From a virus: a stretch of DNA of 64,000 bases. Shown here piece by piece: positions 27,985-37,059 of this stretch. The DNA lies in UHGV virus genome UHGV-0134778; one strand, 5' to 3'. Numbering within the stretch: position 1 is the stretch's first letter; each line of letters starts with the position of its first letter. Under the pieces are notes generated by a model. It saw nothing but the letters and a program-made list of their open reading frames with translations. It ran no database searches and was not told the origin of the DNA. The translations under genes and the position numbers were made by a program.

Positions 27985-28201
27985 AGTGTTTTCCTCTCTC
28001 CTGGTTGTTGTGTGGGCACTTTTGCCCCTTCAAGATAAATGTTACCTCACCCCATGGCAGATGTCAACGGTTTTTATAGTTCTTATATGACAGGCAGGCC
28101 CGGTGATTGTCTCCCCCTGTTCCCAAGTGCCGCCCGTTTAATAAGAATAGCAAAAGGGGCCGAACAAGTCAACCCCAAAATCAGTACCAAAACACTTTTA
28201 T

Positions 28202-28513
28202 TTATACGGTCCGATCATTGGCCTTTGTCCAGGACCTGGCGATCCGTTTCCCGGTCACCTGGAACGGAGGCTGCATTGTGTGTAATGAGTCCAGAGTAAG
28301 GGAGGACCGTTTACGGCGTATCTTCAGGATCGCTAACGTATTGTCCATCTCACGGCCAGGTCCTGGGCGGTATGGTGTGCCTCCAGCGTTAAGGTTGATG
28401 ATCTCATGTATTGAGATCCGGCGTTGTTTTGCTTCCGCATCTTTGAAGATAGCCAGCGGAGGCGCTATGCGTTGCCGATACCAATCTAAAACGGTTGGCG
28501 TAATAGCGATCAT
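28202..28513 (-). CDS. hypothetical protein (103 aa)
   Basis: GGGGGTAAAAT RBS; preferred over antisense track ORF 28107..28562. Confidence 0.45.
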   Translation of the reverse strand: MIAITPTVLDWYRQRIAPPLAIFKDAEAKQRRISIHEIINLNAGGTPYRPGPGREMDNTLAILKIRRKRSSLTLDSLHTMQPPFQVTGKRIARSWTKANDRTV

Positions 28514-28701
28514 ATTTTACCCCCTATGTAGTCCGGTCGGTTTTTCTCTGTCATACGCTTAAGCAATTCTTGCATGTTGCTTATGGCTTGTAGTGTATCC
28601 TCTTCAAGGGATGAATCAAGATAATCAGGATCATTCTTCACCTTGCAATGATTATGATAACGCAGCACCGCCAGTACTTTTTTAACTTCTTCTGCTGTCA
28701 T
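28510..28701 (-). CDS. hypothetical protein (63 aa)
   Basis: ATGA overlap with downstream gene. Confidence 0.5.
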   Translation of the reverse strand: MTAEEVKKVLAVLRYHNHCKVKNDPDYLDSSLEEDTLQAISNMQELLKRMTEKNRPDYIGGKI

Positions 28702-28846
28702 TATTCCACCTAAAACAATGAGTTAATATATAACATTAGATCGCTGACCACCAGGACAACACTGATCAGCACATGCCTAACCATAAAGGGAAAGATCGCC
28801 AACATTGCCACCACGATCCCCATGGTAATAATTATCTTTCTCATGG

Positions 28847-29131
28847 TTAACGGTTCACGTAAGTTTTCCCGTTTACGGTTATCGGCAGATCCTCCAGGTC
28901 TGGATCTTCTTTAAGGTCGCGAGCAAGTTCACCGCACCGGACGCCCTCGAATCCGTAGTACTCTGTCGTTCCGTCCTTAAAAGTTTTTGCGGCAAGGCAT
29001 AAGCGATAAGTAACACCGATTTGATTGACGGCATGGATATCAGTTAGATCTACCTCTTTTGCCAGCTCTTTGGCCATTACAGGCGCATTAAGTCCAATAA
29101 CCAAGGCAACCACTGCGATCATCTTTTTCAT
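28847..29131 (-). CDS. hypothetical secreted protein (94 aa)
   Basis: Signal-peptide-like N-terminus MKKMIAVVALVIGLNAPVMA. Confidence 0.55.
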   Translation of the reverse strand: MKKMIAVVALVIGLNAPVMAKELAKEVDLTDIHAVNQIGVTYRLCLAAKTFKDGTTEYYGFEGVRCGELARDLKEDPDLEDLPITVNGKTYVNR

Positions 29132-29220
29132 GTTTTCTATTCTCTTTCTGTTGCGTTTAAGGCGGCGACAACCGCCTGTTTATGCTTTGTCGGTTAATAG
29201 GGCGTACGGTATAGATTAAA

Positions 29221-29445
29221 CTATGCTGTACGCTCAACTATGACAACGGCTTGAGGGATCTCACCTTCCACCACTATCAAGGCTTTTTTCTGCGTAATAG
29301 ATATCTTTACCCGCTTCAGCGTGGCGGTAAAGTCTTTCATTTCGTCACGTGGTGTTTTAGTGCAATGCCAGATCTCAGGCTTACCTATTTGCAAGCCGCG
29401 TAAAAATTCCGTTTTTCCTGTTTTGTTCGTGATCATTTGTTTCAC
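29221..29445 (-). CDS. hypothetical protein (74 aa)
   Basis: Co-oriented ORF. Confidence 0.5.
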   Translation of the reverse strand: MKQMITNKTGKTEFLRGLQIGKPEIWHCTKTPRDEMKDFTATLKRVKISITQKKALIVVEGEIPQAVVIVERTA

Positions 29446-29446
29446 C

Positions 29447-29551
29447 TTACCCGATACCGTTGGAAGACAAGATCATATTAGCCATGGTTGCAATCAGGCC
29501 AATACCCAGGGCAATAACCAGGATCACCGCATCAATTAATTTCTGTTTCAT
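29447..29551 (-). CDS. small hydrophobic peptide (34 aa), below track cutoff
   Basis: AAGAGGAAAACAAG RBS; MKQKLIDAVILVIALGIGLIATMANMILSSNGIG. Confidence 0.4.
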   Translation of the reverse strand: MKQKLIDAVILVIALGIGLIATMANMILSSNGIG

Positions 29552-29897
29552 CTTGTTTTCCTCTTCTTGTTCCAGGTGGCGGACCATTCCGCCGCCTTAT
29601 GTATTATGCTTTGTTAGATGGTTGTTTGTTGTCAAACTGTTTTAACGATAATCATCGTACGCTTTATTAACCTGGCGAATATAACATTCAAAAGCCAGAT
29701 CAATAGATTTATATTCACGGATATATTCACCATAGGAAACTACATACATTTCTATAGCCTCCTCATATGCGAGGAGAATAGAATCCAAGCCTACGATCTC
29801 AGTCTTTGCAATAATAGCCATGATTTTTTATCCTCTTTGTGGTTGGTGGGGCTTGTTGCCCCCTTTGATTTATATACTACAGTCTTATAGGGTCATG

Positions 29898-30131
29898 TCA
29901 ACTATTTTCAAAAAATTTTTCTGCTGTGATATTTTTCCCGGTAGGGTTCGCTACTTTTAAAATTCTATCATGCACCGGACGCCCGAAAGAATAAGATCCG
30001 TATACAGTAAACCAATAATCACCGTCAGGCTGTACTATTACCGCCGCATATGGTACGCCTTTTTCATTATTGCTCACAAAATAGATCACATTGCCATTAA
30101 TAGCCTCAGCGCGTTTAATTTGTTCCATCAT
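29898..30131 (-). CDS. hypothetical protein (77 aa)
   Basis: AAAGAGAGG RBS; upstream GC hairpin. Confidence 0.55.
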   Translation of the reverse strand: MMEQIKRAEAINGNVIYFVSNNEKGVPYAAVIVQPDGDYWFTVYGSYSFGRPVHDRILKVANPTGKNITAEKFFENS

Positions 30132-30187
30132 GATGATTTGCCTCTCTTTATTTTCATAATTGGGGGGCCTTTTCGGCCCCGCCAGGT

Positions 30188-30472
30188 TTATTTATTGATA
30201 GCGTGCAGCGGGAAAGGTACGCCAGGTTGATAGATAACTTTTACAACCTCATCAGGACAAAAGAAGTTGCAGAACTCACCGCAATAGGCCTCATCCTCTT
30301 TCAACTCTTCATCAACATACTCAAAAAAGTAGTCGATGCTTGGATAATCCTGGCCGGGATTATAGTCGACCATCGTTAATAGTAACTCTTGATCATTCCG
30401 TAGGATATGCATACCCGCTTTTAAGTATTTTGCTTCCATTTCTACTACATCGCCAACGGTAACAATAGCCAT
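30188..30472 (-). CDS. hypothetical acidic protein (94 aa)
   Basis: Co-oriented ORF; upstream GC hairpin. Confidence 0.55.
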   Translation of the reverse strand: MAIVTVGDVVEMEAKYLKAGMHILRNDQELLLTMVDYNPGQDYPSIDYFFEYVDEELKEDEAYCGEFCNFFCPDEVVKVIYQPGVPFPLHAINK

Positions 30473-30696
30473 GGTTTTAACTCCTATCTATCCGGTTAAT
30501 GATTGGGGGCCGCCCCCCTGATACGTCCTATTATCCATATTGTAGGGCTTGATGCAAGTACTTCTTTAAATTTTTTTAAGCGCCTTGGGGGCCGCTGTAA
30601 CGCTAAAATAATAAAGGCCATGCAACCGCATAGCCTTTATGTGATTATATCGCTTCAGGCCCTGCTAGGGGCCTTATTTTGCATCATTTGCCGGAA

Positions 30697-31017
30697 TTAT
30701 TCAGAGAAAACATCGTTCACAATAGCGATCACAATGCCGCCCACCTTGTCACGGTCAACAATGCACAAATCACCATAGATCATGTGGTAGTCTGGATGAT
30801 CTTTCACGGAATAGTCAATGAGCGTTTTCTTGTCGTCCAGCTTTGTAACTTCCATTCTCATAACGATACGAGAATCATCAAAGGCATTATTCCGAAAAGT
30901 CATAGCCTGACCACCAGGGCACCCAGTGATCTCCACTTCCACGCCGTCTACGATCTGACCATCAAAGAAATAAAGATTATTGGCGGGTATAAACATGATC
31001 ATTGCTCCTTTTTGCAC
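30697..31017 (-). CDS. hypothetical protein (106 aa)
   Basis: AAAGGAG RBS; 45-bp repeat upstream. Confidence 0.55.
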   Translation of the reverse strand: MQKGAMIMFIPANNLYFFDGQIVDGVEVEITGCPGGQAMTFRNNAFDDSRIVMRMEVTKLDDKKTLIDYSVKDHPDYHMIYGDLCIVDRDKVGGIVIAIVNDVFSE

Positions 31018-31040
31018 TGATTATTTTAACAGGGTTTAAA

Positions 31041-31085
31041 TTTACTTTATTGATGGCCCTGGAGTCAAGGCCATCTAAAAATAAA
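31041..31085 (-). repeat. 45-bp conserved intergenic repeat, copy 1 (promoter-like)
   Basis: TTTACTTTATTGATGGCCCTGGAGTCAAGGCCATCTAAAAATAAA; on minus strand contains TTGACT-N18-TAAATT and an ATGGCC/GGCCAT stem. Confidence 0.7.
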
Positions 31086-31087
31086 TT

Positions 31088-31288
31088 TTACAGATCTACA
31101 ATCTCTTTAATTCGTTTTACTGCTGCCTCAGCGCCTTGAGGGTAGAAATTATGATAACCAATCACGCGGGTAATACTGATCGCCGCTTGGTGGTCCTCGT
31201 AGTCGCCTTTGAATATTTCTTGACCATCAACCAGCACAGCAATTTTTTCTTCTTTTTTGAAGTTAATAACGCGGATATTGTTGCTCAT
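31088..31288 (-). CDS. hypothetical protein (66 aa)
   Basis: Co-oriented ORF. Confidence 0.5.
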   Translation of the reverse strand: MSNNIRVINFKKEEKIAVLVDGQEIFKGDYEDHQAAISITRVIGYHNFYPQGAEAAVKRIKEIVDL

Positions 31289-31772
31289 TTTGTTTCCCCT
31301 TTTGGAACTTTGTCTGTGTGGTGGGGAGTGTCTCCCCGTTGATTGTTATTATCCATATTCTGGACCGGATTGCAACACTCAGGAAGAAAAATTTTTTGAA
31401 AAAAGTTAGGCCCCCAGGGATCGGGGGCCGTTATCAGTTGCTTACAGCGATAAAATACATCCCTACGCCTAACAATATTTCAAGGGCGATGATCTCCAGC
31501 CATACCATAACACGGCGCGCCTTATCGGTGCGGGGCTTATCCTTGGGTGTCATCGTCTCCCTCTTTCCTCCTGTTAGTAGTGACGTGGTTTACAATGGTC
31601 CCCAGGAGTACTATCGCCACGCACATTACGAGAAAAATTATTTCTTCCGTTGTTCGGTCCATTGTTATAAAACCTCTCAAGATCAGGCCTAAAAGTAAAT
31701 CTTTCGTTATTGAATCCGTCACGCCAGGCGGCTGGCTTCAAATCTTCACTAAATGGATTAATTAACGTGGCA

Positions 31773-32144
31773 TTATTTAAACGGTTGGCCCACATATTTT
31801 CTATTCCTCTCAAATAGGCGATCCGCCTCAGTTAAACATATCTCATGGGCGTGATCTCTGGTTTTAGCTTCATCAAAAACCTGTTGTGCAAGGCTGCAAC
31901 GTAGGGAGACTGGAAGATCACTATAATAGGCGTTGACAAACGTTTGAGCGTCGTACAGGTCTGAAAATACTTTACCCTTTCTATTATTCCCCTTGTCAAC
32001 AATTGCAAGGATAACCAATACAATAGTTGCAACCACCCCCAGGAAAATAGATATAATAAACCATAAAAAGGCGGATCTTCCCATCTTGCCAGCGATCCAG
32101 GCGTTAAACAAGGCAACCAATATAGCCAAAATAATAAATTCCAT
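31773..32144 (-). CDS. hypothetical membrane protein (123 aa)
   Basis: Two hydrophobic helices at N-terminus. Confidence 0.55.
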   Translation of the reverse strand: MEFIILAILVALFNAWIAGKMGRSAFLWFIISIFLGVVATIVLVILAIVDKGNNRKGKVFSDLYDAQTFVNAYYSDLPVSLRCSLAQQVFDEAKTRDHAHEICLTEADRLFERNRKYVGQPFK

Positions 32145-32210
32145 TCTATGTACCCTCTTACAATTCTGCGTAGCAATAAGGCGGCAAATATGCCGCCGCC
32201 TGTTACCTGA

Positions 32211-32627
32211 TTAAAAATTATCGCCGTAAATCTTTCCGCTTTCTACCCATACCACCACGCGAGGCATACTATCCCACACGTCTTGTTTTAGATTGAGCGC
32301 GTGCAATTCTTCGGTGGTGCTCATACCAGGCACGGGCTGATTGTATACTGCAAAACGACCACCTGCATAATCATAGGCCAGAGTTAAATCACACTGGATC
32401 ATCTTTTTGATCATGGCGTTAAGCATAGCGTTAGCCGCATATTGGTCACGTTTTAAAGGCAACTCTTTGATTAGTTTGCGATAGTTTTCGATATGGTCGC
32501 ACACTGTTTCACGTGGAAGATCTTTCATATCTTCACGGAATGTAACCAGGTTAAACATAACGGTGTCAATAGCCTTGGTGGTGTTTTTCATGATGTTTTC
32601 CTCTTTGTTTTGTGTGGGGCAAGTCAT
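32211..32627 (-). CDS. hypothetical protein (138 aa)
   Basis: AAAGAGGAAAACATC RBS; upstream GC hairpin. Confidence 0.55.
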   Translation of the reverse strand: MTCPTQNKEENIMKNTTKAIDTVMFNLVTFREDMKDLPRETVCDHIENYRKLIKELPLKRDQYAANAMLNAMIKKMIQCDLTLAYDYAGGRFAVYNQPVPGMSTTEELHALNLKQDVWDSMPRVVVWVESGKIYGDNF

Positions 32628-32681
32628 CTCGCCCCCTTGATTTTTAATATAGCAGGTTTTTAGATTATTGCAACACTTTTC

Positions 32682-33305
32682 TTATGAAAAACTCATCTCA
32701 CCATATTCATCTACATCAAACCGCCAGTCGTTGGCCTGGATGAGGTCGATCAAGGTCTCGACTGCAAATTGTTCGTCGTAGGCATTCTCCAGATCTACGT
32801 AAACCTTGCGAGAAATTTCTCTGACCGTCTCAGTGATCAACTCTTCCAGCTCTTCAACCTTGCTTTCTTGCTTGGCGGTCAGATTCAGCCAAGTAGTATC
32901 AATGTATCCGCTTACAGTGTTTTCGTGACTATGGCGGCTATATGGATCACGCTCAACACTTGCAGATAGCTCGCCATCGTGCATTGTGCCGAACAAGTGA
33001 CGAATTGAGCGGAATTTAGTCAGAGATTTGACTTTACGCAAGAATTTTTCTAAATCAACGTTTTCAGCACTGATTGACGCGCCGTCACCCTGGCACCAAA
33101 AGCCGGACCAATGTACTTCGGTATCTTCAAGGCCATACTCTGGAAAAACATATTCTTTATAGTATTCAATCACGCTTTCTGCAAAAAAGTTATCCCCGCT
33201 GTGTTCTTCTCTTTCGCGGACCATTTCAACGGCTTTTTCTTTTTGTTCGTCGGTCAGCACGTCGAAAGATAAGTTGTAACCTGTGGTAATGTTAACGGTG
33301 GTCAT
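32682..33305 (-). CDS. hypothetical acidic protein (207 aa)
   Basis: AGGAGAAAATATC RBS; promoter and hairpin upstream. Confidence 0.6.
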   Translation of the reverse strand: MTTVNITTGYNLSFDVLTDEQKEKAVEMVREREEHSGDNFFAESVIEYYKEYVFPEYGLEDTEVHWSGFWCQGDGASISAENVDLEKFLRKVKSLTKFRSIRHLFGTMHDGELSASVERDPYSRHSHENTVSGYIDTTWLNLTAKQESKVEELEELITETVREISRKVYVDLENAYDEQFAVETLIDLIQANDWRFDVDEYGEMSFS

Positions 33306-33362
33306 GATATTTTCTCCTGTTTTCTTTATTAGTGGCGGGAAGTTTTCCCGCCTGTGTGTTTA

Positions 33363-33390
33363 ATTATACTTATTGAGATTTACTTGTCAA
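33363..33390 (-). promoter_or_regulatory. sigma70-like promoter (minus strand)
   Basis: Minus strand TTGACA (plus 33385-33390), 16-nt spacer, TATAAT (plus 33363-33368). Confidence 0.5.
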
Positions 33391-33640
33391 CACTATTTTT
33401 TAAATTATTGTGGCGTAAAATGTTCAAGATCTCTTCAACGTCATCAACACGGCGGCAATTTTTAAACGCTACCAATTGCCCCATGATTTTAATCACTGGG
33501 CGGCCTTGCCAGTGCCCCTGGAGAAAGCGCGCCTTGACTTTATCGGTGGAGCTATCACGCCACCAAATGGCCTTGTTGTTGCAGTAGTAAAAATTATTCA
33601 GGACAACATCAACCTTATCAAAATTTTTTAATTTACGCAT
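33380..33640 (-). CDS. hypothetical protein (86 aa)
   Basis: Co-oriented ORF. Confidence 0.5.
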   Translation of the reverse strand: MRKLKNFDKVDVVLNNFYYCNNKAIWWRDSSTDKVKARFLQGHWQGRPVIKIMGQLVAFKNCRRVDDVEEILNILRHNNLKNSVDK

Positions 33641-33881
33641 GGCGTTTACTCCTTTCTCTCTTTGATGTGGTTAGTATAGCTAACCTGTTTAAGATGTCAA
33701 GCTTTAAATAAAATCACTGTCAATAATATTTTTAACGCCATAAAACGGCCCTGGGCGATGTTTTCAGGTTAAGAAAGGGGATTGCATAGGTGGGGGCCTT
33801 TTTGGCGCTTATAGGGCCAACCAGGGGCGCTATTCGTAGGATAGAAATAAAAAGCCCCGCACAATGGCGGGGCGTTGGTTG

Positions 33882-34103
33882 TTATTTGTCTTTATGGCGG
33901 TATCGTTCTGCCTGTCGTTCACGTTCCAAAAGTAGGCCAGGCAATTTACGATCATAATGATTTCGCCAGATCTTTCCAAATCTTTTTGGCTTATTCAGTT
34001 TATTGTTACGCTGGCGGCGTTCCGGCAACTCTTCGGAATCATGAGGACGCTTTACAATTTTTTCGAAATTAATTTTCATAGCTTCCCCCTTTACTGATTT
34101 CAA
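33882..34103 (-). CDS. hypothetical basic protein (73 aa)
   Basis: Co-oriented ORF. Confidence 0.45.
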   Translation of the reverse strand: MKSVKGEAMKINFEKIVKRPHDSEELPERRQRNNKLNKPKRFGKIWRNHYDRKLPGLLLERERQAERYRHKDK

Positions 34104-34440
34104 TATTTGCCTGAATCGCCCGGATACGGCGTTTTATAACCTCCTGATCCGTGCAATCATATCCCCAAAAGTCTACAATTTTTGCGCCCCCAGCTTTTAA
34201 GCGGTATAGTGTTTCTTGCATCTTGTAAGCTGGGATCGGTCGTGGTGTTACCTGGTCGCCTTTCTCATCCTTGTACTTGATAATATAATCTTCATTGTCG
34301 TTGAATACCCAAAATGGGTATTCTGTAAGGGCGTTGCTCTCTTTTTCGTTTTTGGATTGGATCTTGTTTACAATTAAAGCCGTAGCAATAGCGCCAATGA
34401 TAAAACTTGCACCGCTGATCATGTTACTTTCTCCTTTCAT
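34069..34440 (-). CDS. hypothetical membrane-anchored protein (123 aa)
   Basis: N-terminal helix ISGASFIIGAIATALIV. Confidence 0.5.
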   Translation of the reverse strand: MKGESNMISGASFIIGAIATALIVNKIQSKNEKESNALTEYPFWVFNDNEDYIIKYKDEKGDQVTPRPIPAYKMQETLYRLKAGGAKIVDFWGYDCTDQEVIKRRIRAIQANIEISKGGSYEN

Positions 34441-34497
34441 GGTGTTAATAAATTATCTTTATAGATGGCCCTGCAGCCAGGACCACCGAAAAAATAA

Positions 34498-34743
34498 CTA
34501 TTTCACAATGCCTACAAAACAGATCCCGCCTTCCCCGACGTAGGCAATATCGGTCACTTTATAGTCGGTTAAGATCTGTTTATTCAGATCATTAATAAAA
34601 TCGGTCATTGCGTTGGTGTAGTTGTCTTCCATATCTAAGGCATAATCCCAGGTGTAAACCTTTTTACGTCCGAAGCCTTTTACCATGATACGGGCGCTTT
34701 TGGTGTTGGTAGGCGCATAATATTTGGTGATTAGTGCTGCCAT
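34498..34743 (-). CDS. hypothetical protein (81 aa)
   Basis: Co-oriented ORF; 45-bp repeat upstream. Confidence 0.55.
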   Translation of the reverse strand: MAALITKYYAPTNTKSARIMVKGFGRKKVYTWDYALDMEDNYTNAMTDFINDLNKQILTDYKVTDIAYVGEGGICFVGIVK

Positions 34744-34786
34744 GGTTTTAACTCCTCTGTATTAGTTCAGTGTTAACAGTGTAAAG

Positions 34787-34831
34787 TTTACTTTATTGAT
34801 GGCCCTGGAGTCAAGGCCATCTAAAAATAAA
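34787..34831 (-). repeat. 45-bp conserved intergenic repeat, copy 2
   Basis: Identical 45-mer to 31041..31085; diverged copy at about 34457..34497. Confidence 0.7.
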
Positions 34832-34832
34832 T

Positions 34833-35174
34833 TTACTCGTTTTCTTCCAGTTCTGCAAGCTCTTCTTTTGCTTCTTCCAACTCTGTCTGTAATTCCTGGT
34901 ATTCTTCATCGTCCTCAATATCCAGGCTGTCGATGTAGTCGCTAAATCCGCAGCGGTAAGCGATAGGATCTAGCTCCTTGAGGATACGCGACGGAAGAAA
35001 AGAAATGTTTCCGATCATGATTTCGCCGTAGACCTCGTCTAACCATTCATCATAGTTTTCGTCGTACTTGTCCTCGTCGATTTCAAAGTTATCGATCTTG
35101 TTCTCAAGGTCTGCGATCTGTTTTTTCAGTGCGGCAACCTGAATAGCTTTTTCTGCGGTGGTCATAGTAGTCAT
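34833..35174 (-). CDS. hypothetical acidic coiled-coil protein (113 aa)
   Basis: AAAGGAGAAAAC RBS. Confidence 0.55.
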   Translation of the reverse strand: MTTMTTAEKAIQVAALKKQIADLENKIDNFEIDEDKYDENYDEWLDEVYGEIMIGNISFLPSRILKELDPIAYRCGFSDYIDSLDIEDDEEYQELQTELEEAKEELAELEENE

Positions 35175-35225
35175 GGCGTTTTCTCCTTTTGTGTGTTCTG
35201 GGAAGTTTTCCCGTTTACGTGTTTA

Positions 35226-35253
35226 AGTATACCGATTCAGATTAGCTTGTCAA
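35226..35253 (-). promoter_or_regulatory. sigma70-like promoter (minus strand)
   Basis: Minus strand TTGACA (plus 35248-35253), 16-nt spacer, TATACT. Confidence 0.45.
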
Positions 35254-35373
35254 TTAAAAATTTAAGAAAAATTTTGCAAAACTGTTAGCGCTACTCATTA
35301 ACATTTGCGCCAGGATGTACCCGACAACGCAAACGATAATAGTTACCTTTGTGTATTGGCGTGTAGTGCTCAT
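35254..35373 (-). CDS. small hydrophobic peptide (39 aa), below track cutoff
   Basis: GGGGGG RBS; MSTTRQYTKVTIIVCVVGYILAQMLMSSANSFAKFFLNF. Confidence 0.4.
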   Translation of the reverse strand: MSTTRQYTKVTIIVCVVGYILAQMLMSSANSFAKFFLNF

Positions 35374-35408
35374 CTTAAAGCCCCCTTTTTTCGCTTAACT
35401 GAGATTAA

Positions 35409-35453
35409 TTTACTTTATTGATGGCCCTGGAGTCAAGGCCATCTAAAAATAAA
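35409..35453 (-). repeat. 45-bp conserved intergenic repeat, copy 3
   Basis: Identical 45-mer. Confidence 0.7.
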
Positions 35454-35454
35454 C

Positions 35455-35859
35455 TTAGTAAGTTTTCAGTACTTTCCCGTCCAACCTGTCAAGCTGAATC
35501 TCGATAGCTGCAGAAAACCTATTGTACACCACGTCGCCCATGGAATCCAACCAGTCTATGACGTTATATACTTGCTCTTTGTTCTTGCAGGTCCGGATCC
35601 GTTTCATGATGTAAGCCGGATCAATATTGGTACTTTCGTTAGTGTTCCCCTGTACCTGATTTGCCGTATTAGTTACATCTTTAATGGCCTTTACCACCAC
35701 CTGGAAGGGCTTTAAGGTGCCTTTTGCGTTCATCTCACGCGCTTTTGCGGCGCGGTTGTTATATGTTACACAACGGCGGCAAATGTTCACCAAATGCATG
35801 TCAATAATTTTTTCATCGTTTGCCAGTTCGTTCATGATGCGGCGTACGTTCTTATTCAT
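35455..35859 (-). CDS. hypothetical protein (134 aa)
   Basis: AAAGGAAAAAGATC RBS; upstream GC hairpin. Confidence 0.55.
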   Translation of the reverse strand: MNKNVRRIMNELANDEKIIDMHLVNICRRCVTYNNRAAKAREMNAKGTLKPFQVVVKAIKDVTNTANQVQGNTNESTNIDPAYIMKRIRTCKNKEQVYNVIDWLDSMGDVVYNRFSAAIEIQLDRLDGKVLKTY

Positions 35860-35941
35860 GATCTTTTTCCTTTGTGTTGGCGGGAAACATTCCCGCCTTT
35901 TGTGACTAGTTTACTTGAATTTTGCAGCGTGTCAACAATTT

Positions 35942-36340
35942 TTATTCGTGGGCGCATGTTACAATGTGCTTTTTATAGCCCAGGTGGTTAGCAAGTGCCG
36001 ACAAAAACTCTTCTTCATAGATCCAGCCGTTGGCAGTGATCCCCATAGCATTTAATGCGCTCTCAAGTGCTGCATTAGCTTTATCGTAGCCGTGACCGCT
36101 CGCCTTCCCGCCAGTATAACCGTACTTATTGTTCTTGTTGTCGTGAATCCAAAAAACGCAGTATTGAGTGTTCCCGCTGGCGGCGGCATAATACCGGATC
36201 TCAGCTACTTCGTGCAAATTATTGTCATCGTCCAGGCCCACCAGATTATAAGCCTTGTAAAATCCACGATCACGGCGGCAGTTCTTGACATCAGAAAAAG
36301 AAAAGTCCGCATTATCAAAATTAAAGGTAGTGGTTTTCAT
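35942..36340 (-). CDS. hypothetical protein (132 aa)
   Basis: Co-oriented ORF. Confidence 0.55.
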   Translation of the reverse strand: MKTTTFNFDNADFSFSDVKNCRRDRGFYKAYNLVGLDDDNNLHEVAEIRYYAAASGNTQYCVFWIHDNKNNKYGYTGGKASGHGYDKANAALESALNAMGITANGWIYEEEFLSALANHLGYKKHIVTCAHE

Positions 36341-36404
36341 GATTTTATCCTCTTAGTGTCTTTTGTGCTTTTAGTGTATTTGGTGTCGGACTATATGTCA
36401 ATAC

Positions 36405-36602
36405 TTATTTTTTATTAAACCAGTGGTTGATCTGTCCTTTTGTCAGGGCGCAACGATTAAGCTGTTGCCGGGTATAGCTCTGACCGCGACGGAATTTATA
36501 AAGGCCTTGCCCGTTGTTGATGGTTACGTCCACCTGGCAAATCATTTGATCGGTGACGGCCTGGCGAGTGTTGCGACGTACTTTAATTCCGTAGGCGTTC
36601 AT
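36405..36602 (-). CDS. hypothetical basic protein (65 aa)
   Basis: Co-oriented ORF. Confidence 0.45.
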   Translation of the reverse strand: MNAYGIKVRRNTRQAVTDQMICQVDVTINNGQGLYKFRRGQSYTRQQLNRCALTKGQINHWFNKK

Positions 36603-37059
36603 GATTTTTATCCTCTCTGTTAATTAGTGTGGTGTTGTTCACCTTGCGAGGATAAGAATAACAGAACTATCCGAGCTGTCAACCGTTAGTTAGAATTATT
36701 TTTTGGGCAGAATTCTCCAGCCGCCGCCACTGCCAGGTTAACCATCATTTTTTCGTACTCTTCTTTATGTTCCAACGCTCCCGCCATAGCCTTTTCAACC
36801 AGGGTGATAGCCTCAGCGTCATTAATCGCTACATTTCCAGGGGATCAAATTACCTTTCATTTTTGTACCTCCTCTTCAATTGTTACCTGCCCTGTAGCAT
36901 AGGCCTACCAGGTTTGCAAGTTTTCACTCTCTCCTACCTGGTCAGTCAGGTCCTGCCAGGCTGGCCCCGCCAGGTTGCAGCGGTTGGTGCATTATGTTAG
37001 AAAAAATTTTTGAAGAAGTGTTGACAGCGGCCCCGCCAGGTGGCACAATATACCTATCG

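Noticed and set aside
28107-28562. Plus-strand 151-aa ORF antisense to the minus-strand genes
   Set aside because: It is opposite to the local transcription unit, has no RBS, and overlaps two minus-strand ORFs that do have an RBS.
31041-31085. The 45-bp repeat as a simple rho-independent terminator
   Set aside because: The ATGGCC/GGCCAT stem is short and is not followed by a U tract on either strand; a promoter or operator role fits better.
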